From NCBI GenBank assembly GCA_030141605.1, contig JAQGDQ010000109.1:434001-498000 (forward strand): a stretch of DNA of 64,000 nucleotides. Direction: 5' to 3'. Shown piece after piece: positions 26,064 to 39,154 of the stretch. The notes under the pieces were generated by a model, which saw only the letters and a list, made by a program, of their open reading frames with translations, did not search any database and was not told the DNA's origin. Within the stretch, counting starts at the first letter, position 1. Every line of letters begins with the position of its first letter. This DNA comes from Tubiluchus corallicola. Taxonomy: Eukaryota; Animalia; Priapulida. The position numbers and the translations under genes were made by a program.

Positions 26064-27379
26064 CAGGGCACTTTATTTATGACTTTAGTCATAAATTGCA
26101 TAAATAGCTTATTTAATACTAATTTCAGATTTTATTTATGACTATTTATGACGTGTCAAATTTTGACCAAAAATGCCATCCTGAGCTAAAAGAAATACAT
26201 ATTTTTAATCAGAATCTTGTATTTTGCCTTTCTTCGTTCTTCATTACATTAAAATGTAATAAAAATGTCTACTTTCATCATTCCAAGGCCTGAAGTTTCT
26301 CGTATTGTTTTGCATGCAGGCATCCCTCCAGACTGAAATCCGTGATCGTGTTTATAATAATTATAGTATCGGTTTTAATTTGTTTAGGATGACCTATAAA
26401 ATTACTGCTCATAAAAATCAATCTATTAATTAATTCGTACAGTCACAATTCGTAGCCACAATTAGTACAAGTAAATAATGTATTTTTTTAAATATCGATT
26501 TTAAATTTAATGTTGGAAAATACTATTGGCTATTACATCTTTCTAGGGAACCGTCACGTATGTTTTCTAATTAAAATTACATTAAGCAAAATAACTAAAC
26601 AAGAAAAACAGTTAAATTTTAATGACAATGAAGCAACAAATTCTCCCAAAGATAAAATATGCTCAAATTCTAGCAGACGGCATTATTCTTATTTCTTGAG
26701 GATGAGGCAGTAAGGCACGGGAAACGCTTGCGGCAAACTCGAGCTAAAACCTACACCCAAGCCATTGACTTACGCCGCTTAGGGGTAAGCATCGAAGTTC
26801 GGTTCGATTCGAATTCGAAAGTCACAAATTCGGTTCGATTCGAATTCGCTTTCTGGTAGAGAATGCTCACCCCTAACGCCGCTAGGATGAGAAAGGCACT
26901 GAAATGAACGTGCAAAGAAAAGAATTAGAAGTGTAGATTTCTGTTATTGTGCAGAGCGTAGGTTTGAGGCGGCAGAACTTTAGGACATTAAAATAGGTAA
27001 GCTGTCTTTAATTCAAATTTTCGATGGAACGACAACGATTCTGTCGGTGCCTATTTATTTTTTCGCGGTAACGCGCTCATTTACTTTTTATTATTTAGGT
27101 TGCTTCTAGACGAGTTAATGACAGATAAACGCATCAGTTAGACAGTCTCAGTTACTGTGTTAGTCCACCAAACAGTCACGCGCAAGCTTCTTATGGACTG
27201 CCTGTGTGTGTGGGAGAGAGAGAGAGAGAGAGACGGTGGAAACAGTTTTCTGTACTGAATTTTTTGTTCCATTCATCGGGAAATGATTATTTTTCTTTCG
27301 TTATTTATGACAAATTTGAAATCTTATTTATGACTATTTATGACTATTTTGCAAGAAAAGTCATAAATAAAGTGCCCTG
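26064..27379. mobile_element. Non-autonomous hAT DNA transposon (1316 bp)
   Basis: Perfect 23-bp TIR CAGGGCACTTTATTTATGACTTT and perfect 8-bp TSD TCTATATG (26056-26063, 27380-27387). Subterminal TATTTATGAC repeats at both ends. No transposase ORF. Confidence 0.92.
26780..26875. mobile_element. 96-bp hAT-type mini-MITE nested in the 26064-27379 element
   Basis: TIR TAGGGGT(A/G)AGCAT, perfect 8-bp TSD ACGCCGCT (26772-26779, 26876-26883), and an internal duplicated TTCGGTTCGATTCGAATTCG. Confidence 0.88.
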
Positions 27380-28906
27380 TCTATATGGCAAATGGCGCTA
27401 CCTATTTAGAAAATTTTATTAAAACCTAATTTTATTAAAAATGGAAAAGAAATGTACACGCCTTTGTTTTGTAAAATGCACGCATAAGTCGTACACGCAG
27501 GCGCGTTATAATAAACAGTTGTAGTCATCGCCATCTCTGCGGCAGCTGCTGCTTGCTATTCTTGTTTCAAACAAAATTCTATGTACAGAAACGGCTAGAC
27601 GATTATTGTTCCAAATATTGGACATTCAGTACTTATTATAATTATTTGCATGCACAACTTAATAATGTGGTAACAATGGCATCAGTTGATGAAGATTTAG
27701 AAAACGGCTGCGTTTACTGACCTAACAAAACTACTATACAACAATACACATGTACAAAAGAAATGACAGATTTGTAGGTATCTTTCGCGCTGGCACGTTG
27801 CATCTTTAGAATTACAACCTAATTGCACCTTACTCTACAATAGTAATAATCATAAGTAAAAGTAAGAAAAGTTATAAGACGATCACTATAAATTATTACA
27901 TGTATTACTATAAATCGTAGTTTTACATACAAGCACGCCTTAGCAGTATATGTACGCAAAAATGACAACAAAATTGTTGCATAACGTGTATATGAAAATC
28001 TACTCTAGTCTAGTTTTACATAATCCAAAAGTTCAATGCTGCTTTCTGTTTTTATTTCATCAAGTTGTTAAGGTTTTTCGAATTGTTTTTTATTTACTAA
28101 ACTGTTTGAATTACTTTTTTCGTTGCCCAGAATTTCTTACGTTCCCCTTATGTTTCTTACCCCTTAACATTTTTATTTTCGTTTAAAATTAATTTTACTT
28201 TGCTTATTTTGCATTTTCAATAGGTCATTTTAGTTACTCGCTTTACGTAATAAGCAAGGGCCACCGTAATTACTATAACATTCCAAGAGTAAGGGTAGTT
28301 TGACCTTCTTGTCTTTCCCATTTTACCAACGTTTTCCATATCTGAAAATTCTTTATCGTTATTAAATTTTGCATGCAAATAATGATAATACGTCTTGATC
28401 TTGAACCATGCAGAACAAGAAATATGTTCAAAAATAGAACGTAAGTTTCCTAACGGCAACAGCTCAATCCATTGTCCCTAATGGGATCACATTAAAGTCA
28501 CGCAGCGCTGAAATGTGTTGACGACAATAAATAAGCATTGACACGATGTGCGTGCACCTTGCGTTTTGGTCAGAGACGTGTGAAAGTACCGAAGCCAAGA
28601 GTGAGCTGTATAATGGCAGATGTCAAATATGCCTTAAGCCTAGAACCAAACTAGTGCGTCACGAGACCTACACGCGATTCGAAACCACATTAATTTTGCA
28701 AGAATGAGAGCGAGTTTCTTCGATTGTTTGATAATAGAAGACGAATGAGTAGGAAACCATTTTATGTGTGGCACACTTTTCGCAAATTTTATCGAATATG
28801 ACAGATACATGTCAGTTAAAAATTGCAGGACGATCATAGTGACAACCACGAGCTTGAGTACTAAAGAGAAGTGAGACAGACGTTTTAGTTTTAAACAATA
28901 CCCTAG

Positions 28907-28981
28907 AGTTACCAATTTAGAAGATTTAGAAAGAAGTTACCAATTTAGAAGACATAGAAGAAGAATTGCCAATTTAGAAGA
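28907..28981. repeat. Short tandem repeat, ~28-bp period, 3 copies (core AGTTACCAATTTAGAAGA)
   Basis: Direct read. Confidence 0.7.
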
Positions 28982-31900
28982 TCATCTTACTACAACTGCC
29001 ATTAAGATTTAGCCACTAGAGTATTTTGCAAAAAGAAATAAAATTTTAATTCATATTATGGATGAAAACGGATTATTATTATCTGCAAAATTAAGTAATA
29101 TTTATTTGAAATTTCTTTGCCTAGAGCACTCCTTTATATGTTACATCATTACAATTTGTAGCATTTAGGTTCACAAACAACATATAAAGTTTTTATAGCA
29201 TTGGAGCAATGTAAACAGCCAAGTGGTCACTATTGCTGGAATATTGAAATTAAGCAACGCTAAGCTTGACTAAGATAGAAATGTTTAAGAGACTGATAGA
29301 AAGGCATTGGGTTGTTTCATGTGCCTCAGAAGCACTGGTTATTTATTTCCCTAAAGAAGCTGATAAACACATTCTGACATGTCTAAGGTATCTCAATCTG
29401 CATTTCATTAGAAGAATATCTCTCATCATGAGCTAAATGTTTCGAAGCCAGTGTTTAACCTTTTATTTCTGTCAAATCTGATTGATCACTTGTACATTTG
29501 TGTAAACTCAGCAGTGACTAATTAAATACTGTTTTATGATTAATTTTTACATGAAATCAGCTTTTAGCCTATCAGTAATGTCTAGTTTCAATGTTCTAGT
29601 TTTAATGTGTATTTAACCAGATATTTATATAGCGATTATATGTGCATGTTTTTAATTTAATTATAGTCGATAAAGAGCGTTATGGCACGTGTAATTACGT
29701 AAATAATCAACTGAAAATAAATTTGATTTACTTACTTACTTACTTGCTTACTTTAGATTCAACAAAGGACTCGACATTATTTTTCAATAGACCCAACCCT
29801 TGAAGACTGGATAGTGGCCGTGCAGCAACTATTTGAGCTCTGCAATCAAGTTGTAATTTTTCTGAGTTCTCCTTTCTGGCAATCTTAGGGCCTATTTACA
29901 AGGTGAATTTCTGACGAGCTCGTTTAATTCATTTTGGTAAACTCTTGTCATTTATTAAAGAGCTTTCGAAGAGGAAAGGAACAGTGTTAATGGCATGGCA
30001 TCCCTGTGGACTTGCCGCAAAGCAAATGGGCAGCAATGACTTTGATAAACAGTACCGGATTGCGGGATTTAACTTAATTAATTGTTGTTTTACACATATC
30101 ATTCAGTAATATCTGAATATAAACATCATTTTGATTTAAATCCATCGCTTAATTAACCATTCAAATTAACGATGTTTTTTATTGATGCCAATTTTCATTG
30201 AAAAGTTTATTATTATTATTTACTATTGAAAAGTTTAGCAAAGTTTTTTAAATCAAATTCAAATGAAGTCTCAACAAGTTTCTTTTCTATATTGGTGTGT
30301 CAATTTAAATGAGTACGATAATAGGCTCTATGGCAGTTTTTTTAGTCGTCGTTTACATATCAACCTCATGGCAATCTATCGTTCATCTAGAACGTACCGT
30401 GTAAATATGCCCTTAAACATATTGCTGATGCACCTACTGCACACGTTGCTGCATAAAAAAGAATCCTTCCGATTTCACATTAGCTCTACTCCGAGGAAGT
30501 TAGGAACATAAAAAGTTTGCAATGTGAAGCTTAGTGTGTCAGTCTAGATAAAACCTTATAACAGCTGTAGCTTAGCTAGAAACGAACACTATATACCAAG
30601 CTGGTGCTTGAGTTGCAACAACACGGCTTCGTCAAGCCTTGGCAAACTTTCACTTATAATAATCAATGGCGGTCTATTTAATTGCCATCATACAATATTG
30701 AAAGCAGCTTGAAGCCTATTACATATTTTCCTCTGAGGTTATGGCGCTAATGCAGATTTACTGGGGAATGTATATGTCAATGATAGCAGTTTCCTTCATG
30801 GTGTATAATACCACCGATTAATACAGGTAACTCGGTAAGTGAAAACCTGCGTGTCACAAAAATACATAGTTATGCTGGGGCAAAAAGTTTGACGGAATCA
30901 CGCTAGGGTTATGACACAGTTGCAAATATAATATTCACCACATGACATATTGTCAATATAACAAACTGAAATGATGTTTTTCTTGTGGTAAATGTTTAAA
31001 CCTCATGTGTGAAGTTTGCCGTTATTATATTGATAAAATATCACATTCTAAACGGTTTATTCAAAACTTAATATTCATCATATTGTCGTTGCCAAAAGTT
31101 GGGTGATGCTTTACTGTAAACATAGATCAGTGCACTTCTCTATGTAGTTATACTAATGAGACAGAGTCATCATATATAGAAAAGGTTTATTGCAAATCAC
31201 TAAGGAAAAGCTGGCATAAAAAGCCGAGTTTAACCCGTAGTTGACCGTTATGACTCGGCTTTTTTGTATTCGCCTTGAACCAGATAACGACAATAAAATT
31301 ATGCAGCAATGATTTTCGTAACTGTCTAAATTGTAAAAATTTTGGCAAATGATATTTAATTTGACAGCAAAGAGATGTACTCGAACTCCCCGAAGGAAAA
31401 TGCTCTCAAGACGTCAAGTGATTGGGTTCCAAAACGCCGACAGTTTTGTCGTCGTACCATTGCTGCTGCTTCTCACATTTTTACCTTTAATAGTCCTACG
31501 TGCAGAACTATCGCTTATAAATCCAGTTTTTCCTACGGGCCTCTTACATGGTCACTTTCTGGTAAACTATAATCTTACTAGCTTCAGGAAGACAGTTAAC
31601 AGATAGTCTGTACAACGTATTAGCAATTAATTACAATCACTGTATTTTTAGACCTGCTTTTATATCTTTCTCATTGTATTCCGTTAGTGGCCACAGCTTG
31701 AGGCTATTCGCAAAAAAACAAAGAAAAATTTGAAAAATATCATTCTTATTGTCCCTTCTGAACTATCGAACCACCTCAAACAATGGCCACTCTGGCAACG
31801 GGATCATAATAGCAGTTTTCATCATATAGATAAATTATTTATCAAAAAACATCAAAAACTTGCGTATCAAACCTCTTATAAATATTGAAAGCTTTTTATT

Positions 31901-34900
31901 ATTTTATAGTACACGCGAGTAAGCAGTCGTGACGGTGCATACCAATGTGCTACAGTAGTTTCTAGCAGTAGCAGCTCATTCCTATTATAAAACCATTTTG
32001 ATGCTGAATCAAACAGTTTGCACCCGTTGGCAAAGAATGCGCTGTCCCCGAATAGGATTGAAATGTTGTTTATTAGGAGATAATTTTCAAGGGAAAAATA
32101 GGATGCAGTAATGGGAAGCTTAATAAACTAAAACGGAAATCAAGAAAGTGAAACAAAGACGATGAAGTTTTCATTAATTTTAATTAATATTAGTGGTAAT
32201 AAATGATTTGTATCTCATTATCATCACCGTCACTTCCTCCTCCTTCCCTTTTATCCTATATTTACAGAATTTCTTTTTATGATATCACAGTGATAATTTT
32301 GAAATGCTCATAATTTAAAATTAATAAAATAGTTTCGTTTACATCTTTCAACGTACCTTTAACACAGCTGATATGGTTCTCGTTCTTTAGTGTATTATTT
32401 CTGTCTGCACAGCCACCTTCTTATTAAAATTTCTTGCACGGATGTAGGTCTTGAACTTATCAACAACAATTTGTGTACAGAATAACTTAATTAACGTTGA
32501 CAACCTTAGTTCATTAATCAATCAGCAGCAGCCTATTGTTATAAGCTACATGCAGCTAACGAAGATTCTATGAAAATTGATAATGGCACAAATAACAGCT
32601 AAGAATCTGCCTCGTGAATAACCTAATTTTCTTCACACGACATGTAAAGCAGCGAAGTCTCAGATGCGAATCGTACGATGAGGTTAAAGAAGTAAACAAG
32701 CTAAGCAAGAACGTGCGGAACTTTCAAGCATTTTCGTTTTTCAATTCTGCGCCTAAATCATGACCAATGTTCAACAGAAAAATGAAGTTTCGCATAAACA
32801 ACATTCGCCTGTCCTCTAGCGGAGAGCATACTACTAAAAATTTACGCAACATACCGCTAATAAAAACTATATAGATGCCCATTAAAATGTGCCATGTGTA
32901 AAAAATAAAGCATTTTTCCTATTAGCCGTTCATCGAATAAGTAATGACCTCAATACGCTTACATATTACAAGTGTATTTTGCGAATATAATACTTTCCTT
33001 CAAATATAGTAAGTCTTCGCTTAACGACGATACTTTTTCACTTAACACACATGTTCCGTTTTAATAACGGTTTTTCTCTTGTGATTGAACACTTTTACAT
33101 AGACAACCATTACTAGTTTTTGCACCTGGAACGCAACTGAATGTTTTTACATTATTTCTTTTTAAGGCAGCTTAGGTCGACTTTGCGACGCAACGCAAAT
33201 AAGAGCAACTGGAAGTTCGGCGATTGGTAGCATACGGTACGGATATCCAATCGACATAAGCAAGCTTGCGACGCAACTCGGTTCCAGCGAGTTGCTCATA
33301 GGATGCCCACCCAGTTTTAACTGAGCATTGTTGATAAAAGTGCATCGTGGCTTTTGGTAAGCGTACGCTGCTTAAACTAATTCAAACTTCTGCAGCTTAC
33401 CTAATATTCATGCAAAAAAAATCACAAAATTAACTGTCTAACCTTTTTTAAAAGCTCCTTATACTTCTGATGGGAACTGGCAGTGCGTTACTTTTCTTCT
33501 GTCGATGAACAACGTCATTGGTGGAAAAATGGGAGCTCAAAATTGGAGGGTCCAAGCCGGAAATGATAACGATTTTAAGGTGATTTTGCTAATTACACAA
33601 GGCGCGTATCACACATTTATTGCTAATCCTTCTAACGTTTTTCGCTAACATTGATATAAACCTAACTTCAAAGAAGGCTTCGCCTCTCTAACACCACACT
33701 GAACAAAACACTGACGGAGCCTCGTTAGTATACCACAAGAAGTCGATAACTTTACAGTTTCACCAAAGTGTGAAATTGGAGACCCAATTAAAGTTCCCTC
33801 CTATGGTCACAATTTGAATTTCTCACTTGAGGTAAAACAGAAATAGGTGAGTAAATGTTAACATCTGAGCTGGGGATTAAACTAGAAAGTAGTTACAGTG
33901 TATTTCAGAAAGGTGATAGATATGAAATTTGCTTATATATTACTCAATATTACTCAACAGTTAACCATCGACGCAGATCTGCGCGAGATTAGGTATTAAT
34001 GTTAAATCATTATAATAACTGAGCCATAACAATAAAATATTTTAATCATTAGATTTAAATTGGCTTGTCGAACCTTACGCAGGACATGTATATGGAAAGT
34101 GTCAAATCAGGTTTAGGTGTCTGTCTGTCAACTATAAATGACTTGTAACTTGCAGCGTAGGATAGTTGATTGTAAAAATTCAACAGAAATTTTGGAAGAA
34201 AATCGACATCGCCCCAGAATTACATGCGCCGTTAATTGAAATCTTTCGTTCTGCATCACGTACAAACTTGGACAGAAATACAACTGCTAGTAACATTTAA
34301 GCGGAGCAGACAGCCACAGCAAATCACTAGTGCAACAGCTGTGATTCCAAGCCTCGTCCCGAGTTACTGCATATCAGTCGAGCTAGGGCACCGCGTGAGG
34401 CAGGCCCTAAACCAATTAGGGACACTAAAGAACATTTGAGGCACTTGTTTATAGGAAACTTTATTAATGAGTTTCACATTCTCCCATTCACAAGATCTCG
34501 GGTACTGCGCGACGAAAGCTTGAACTCAGTGACAATAAGACAGCAAGAAATTAATTAATTACAAAGGATGCTGCATAACCTTTTATTATGGAATATGAAA
34601 ACAATGATATAATCGTACAGAACAATTTACTATCACATCCTCGATATTTGTTTGGGAAACCTCACATAAGTCTAGCACATCCTACAGTCTTGAGGGCTAT
34701 GACTGGAGCGACTGGAACAGATCAGTGTCGAACTCAAGATACATATTTTGCAGATGTCTCACAAGCTTGTCTTTTGAATACCGACCAATGGCAGTTTCTT
34801 GTTTTTGAATTATCTTAGCCTTCACACAGTTTCTGGCCAGAATAAACTCCAATAAATTCTCGGGGTCTGAGGTCTGGTGAATTTCAATAACAAAATTAAT

Positions 34901-35909
34901 CCCAGACTTTTCAAGGAATGCGCCCATCAAAACTGCATGCAAATGCGAACCTTCCATACTAAATACATGTATTTAGAAGCATTATAGCTCCTTGCCTAAC
35001 AAAAAGTATTCTTCCCAACATACAATATAAAAATAATGTGCAAGATTTACATTTGAACTGCCGGTTAGAAGCTATGCGTCCTCTTCTGACTTCAAGTAAG
35101 TTTTCCGTGGTGCTTGGTAAAAATTAAGAATGTTCCGTTTTCGCGAGAATTCTTCGTGGAATTTACATTAAAATTTAACTGCTTAAATACTTCTTTCTTG
35201 TTTAGTGAACAACATTTAACGTTATCTCAGTAAAAAGTTTCAACGTAAACATACAAATGACTTTTTGTTTCGTTAAGGCAACTGTGACGGTTATATTCCA
35301 ATAAATGAACATGAATAAATAATATAACATACACGTAATTCTATAAATCTCAAGTGGATAGCACTCTAAAATTGACCAGGTCTTCTATTGATTAAATCTA
35401 TTAGATGTAATTTGTGTAAATTTGCAACCTGCAAAGCCACCGAACGCTGGAATCAGTTGGATGACCTTAAAAACCTGCCCTTTCTGTATGAAATAAACAT
35501 TCTGGCTTTATTAGTTATCCCAGATAAATCGATTTTTTTGTGAAACTTTTCTGGTTTTGTCAGAGCAGCTCCCTGTATCATTTTCCTTGCGTTCTCTGTG
35601 TGAAATGGGCTTTAAAAACGAGACGTCAGCTTAAGCCCACTTAGCCCATGTAAACCCGGCACTGGCGTGTGCAATTGCAGTACTGAACTGAGAACTATGC
35701 ATGATGAAGAACATGTCATAGATCCTTATTCAATGCTAAACTTCTCTATGTTGGAAGATCTGTTTGCATAACAGGAGCCAGTTCAGCCTTTAAATAATGT
35801 CTGTTAGCTATATACTAACAGCCTGAACTAATTAATATTGTTTCGTTTTTAAATAATGTTGCGCCCCAAAAACGGCCAATGCCACTCAAGGTATATATAT
35901 ATATATATA

Positions 35910-36297
35910 ATAATCTTTATTTGCCATTAAAAACATTGATAATCACTGATAAAAACTTTATAGAGATAATCAATCAGTGTTAGTTAATAAAAACTTACAC
36001 TGCTGAAGGCAAATGCGTCAGTGCAATCTAAACTACTGTGCAGTAATGACGAATAAAATCAAACATATTTACAACCATATACAAAAAAAAAACAAAACTA
36101 TGATTTAATTAATATGGCCGTGGGTATATGAATTCTGAATTAGTGTGTATGTTGTCGTACTGGTGTGATGGCATTTCATATCTGGTTAATATTAGTGATT
36201 TTAATTTTGTTTTAAATGCTGATAGGGACTTGATTTGTTTAACCTGTAATGGTAGAGAATTCCAAAGTAAAATTGCTTGTTTGATTACAGAGTGATT
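35910..36297 (-). mobile_element. 3' end of an L2/Crack-type LINE
   Basis: HSVIKQAILLWNSLPLQVKQIKSLSAFKTKLKSLILTRY is a typical ORF2 C-terminus (WNxLP..SLxxFKxKLK), followed by a 3' UTR with AATAAA and a simple-repeat tail near 35910. Confidence 0.7.
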
Positions 36298-36299
36298 AC

Positions 36300-36400
36300 A
36301 GAGGTAATTTTGGAACTCCATTAAAATGGTGGCAAAATGAAACTTTGTGTCCAGAGATACAGAATATTCAAAACATATAACCTCCTTGGGAGAGGTAATA
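36300..36400 (+). mobile_element. Helentron/HINE-like 3' terminus
   Basis: AAAACATATAACCTCCTTGGGAGAGGTAATA: short stem-loop (ACCTC/GAGGT) resembling the ends of non-autonomous Helentrons. A similar end lies at 39529-39552. Confidence 0.45.
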
Positions 36401-36679
36401 CCTAATTTGCTAGTGACAGAATGTGTCTGTCGAAGTTCTTCTTGAACTGAGTGAGGTTGTAAGTGTTCAGAGGAAAAATGTCATGGTAGACAATTCCACA
36501 GATAAGCAGCCCGAGGAAAAAATTGGATACAGGAGGAGTTGTTTTACATCTCGGAACGTTCAGGGTAGCCGATTAGAAGCAGCAGAAAAACGAGTCATAT
36601 AAAAAACAATATTTTAACGATACCATCACTCAAAATATAAGTGGTAACAGTTAATCGAGCAAGTTCATTGTAACCCAAT

Positions 36680-36757
36680 ATTTCGTATCTAAATATCTAT
36701 CCAGCTTGTTCTTGAAGTTGTTCACTGAAGAAGCTTTAACAACTGATACTGGTAATA
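36680..36757 (-). mobile_element. CR1-type LINE 3' fragment
   Basis: Translates as LPVSVVKASSVNNFKNKLDRYL, the CR1 ORF2 terminus motif. Confidence 0.6.
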
Positions 36758-37201
36758 TTGTTACTGATATTTGTTGAATTCCGTCATCCGCTGTTATTTT
36801 TATTGGTTTGTGGTTTTACAGTGTCATCTTTGTTCTTGTAGCGATAGTAAAAACAGTAGCTACTGCTACAGGTAAATAGCCAGATCAACAGTTGGCCCCG
36901 GCCAGCCAGTCAATCAGGCACTTACCAACACACTCAAACGCTCACTAATTTCATTAAATTAATTTTTTGATTAGGCATCAGTACTATAGTACTGTTTTGT
37001 TTTGATAAAATACACCCACCTACAACAAAACACCTACTGTAGTCATTGTTTTTTCATTGTTCAATTGTTACGAACTGTACAGTCGTCACAATGTCACTAC
37101 AACTATGGGGCTGAGTTTATGACGAGTGTGAGGCGCGTTTGGTTGCGTGTCACCTATTGTGGGAGGACAGTGACAAAAATTTTCCATTTGTTTGTGTTAT
37201 T

Positions 37202-39110
37202 ATGGATTTTTTTAATCCTGACATTGAACTTACGGAAGAAGAAAAGAAAGCTCAAAGGCAACGCATATTTGACACGATGAAATTCCCGCACAAATTATGG
37301 AAAATTGTTAGTGAATGCAAGACAGGAGCAATTAAATGGGGCAAAACAGGAAGAACTATACTTGTCAACACTGAACAGTTTCAGAGAGAATATATGGCGG
37401 AGGGACAGAAAATATTCAAAACTAATAACATTGCCAGTTTCGTAAGACAGTTAAATTTATATGGATTTAAGAAAGTTGGAGTGCGCGTGAGAGAACCCGT
37501 AGAATTAGCTGCACAGAGACGAGCGGCAGGTGAGTTTGATGAATTTCGAAATGAAAACTTTATTCGCTCGACACCAGAACTTCTTTCAAAAATGTGTCGG
37601 AGAACTGGTGCACTCAGAATGCGACAAGCCTCAGTTAATAAGTACCACGAAATACGAACTCATCATGCACGAAAATCTCATTCGTCGGGCATAATAAAAA
37701 GTCAAGCAGAATTTAAGAAGGTATTGAACAAGCAGTTTAATTTAAACAATGCTCAAGAAGATTTACCACAGGTGAGTCATTAAATTTAAATTACTAATTC
37801 AATACAGTTGTAGCTTAATTTTAACTTTTAATGCTCAGCGAAAATTTTGTAACATGAGCTTTTTGTTAGTTTGCGTTGGAGAAAAAACTGCGTGACATGA
37901 ATGGGGTCAGCTCTCTGAAACGTGAAACCACGGCCTGAGCTAACCATGGGAATCACTGAATAATAGTTAATACTGTTAATTCGGGATAAGATATCACTTT
38001 TAGATGTAATTTTAACGTGAAAACAAATTTTCTATAATAAAAAGAGCTAACCATAACTTGGAATTTGACACTAATTTTGTTAAATATCACGGCTTCCTTC
38101 CTAATGAAATCGGGTCTCGACTACCTCAAGGTTGCGTTTTCCCCAAAACATTTTGTTCGGTTTTGTTCGTCAAATTTCGGAAAATCACAGGTTACACAAA
38201 TGTGCTAGGAAAGGCTTCCTTGGATACCGCGTCGTTTCTGTGACGCTGAATTTGTAAACAATGCTAGCATTTTTCTTCACAGCGAGATTTTTCTTGACAC
38301 ATGGTAACCAAACGCAAACGCTGCCGTAACTAGGGCATATATTTCGCTGGCGTCATCTAACGAGCAAAACGCGCGAAATTAAGTCCCAGACGTTCCTTTG
38401 AAACGACATCTTTACACTCCATTTCCTTTTATATAAATCACCAAGAAAAATTTAAAAGTATCAGAAAATCTTAGTTGGAGCATTTTCTTTCTGTTTTTGT
38501 CTATAAATGAAACTTCATGAATTGTGTCGTATTTTTTTCTTTAAGCAAGTTGCTTTTTATTATTTATTTGTGTATTATTACTTTGTTAAAAGTGCAAATA
38601 AAATTCAATTCAATTCAAGTTTTATGACGTTACACTTGAATTTGCAACTAACTGGAGCTAAATGTCTCTCCTACTTACGTCAAGAATTTGGAACTACCTA
38701 AGAACATTGTAATAATATACGATCATTAGGGTGCGCGGTAAAATTGGCTCAGGAAAACTCGCACAAATGAGAAAATAGGTAAAAATGGCAGAGCAAAAAA
38801 ATGGCACATCGTTATTTTGATGCAACTAATTTCTATAATAAAACTAGAATGTGCTCAATAGAAATCAGATCCCTGCCAAAGCCGAATAATCCTAAACTTA
38901 TTCGTCTGGTTCTTTTGACTAAAAAAATTTAACACAAAAATAAACAAGCAAACATACAAAAATTGTTGTACTGTATTGGTATTACATAGACTAGCAATCG
39001 ACTCACAAAATATTTGTTCATTAAATAGATTTAAAATCAATAATGCGCGAATGTTCCACATTATGTTTATCAACCTTTTTAATTATTAATTTTGGGATGG
39101 TAACAGACTG

Positions 39111-39154
<44 letters not shown>

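Noticed and set aside
26711-26730. miR-124-like TAAGGCACG
   Set aside because: Only a 9-nt match, inside a hAT element, with no hairpin.
28720-28900. Harbinger transposase-like RMSRKPF motif
   Set aside because: Too short to support a call.
31218-31264. Rho-independent terminator
   Set aside because: Eukaryotic sequence with no upstream gene; kept only as an unexplained hairpin.
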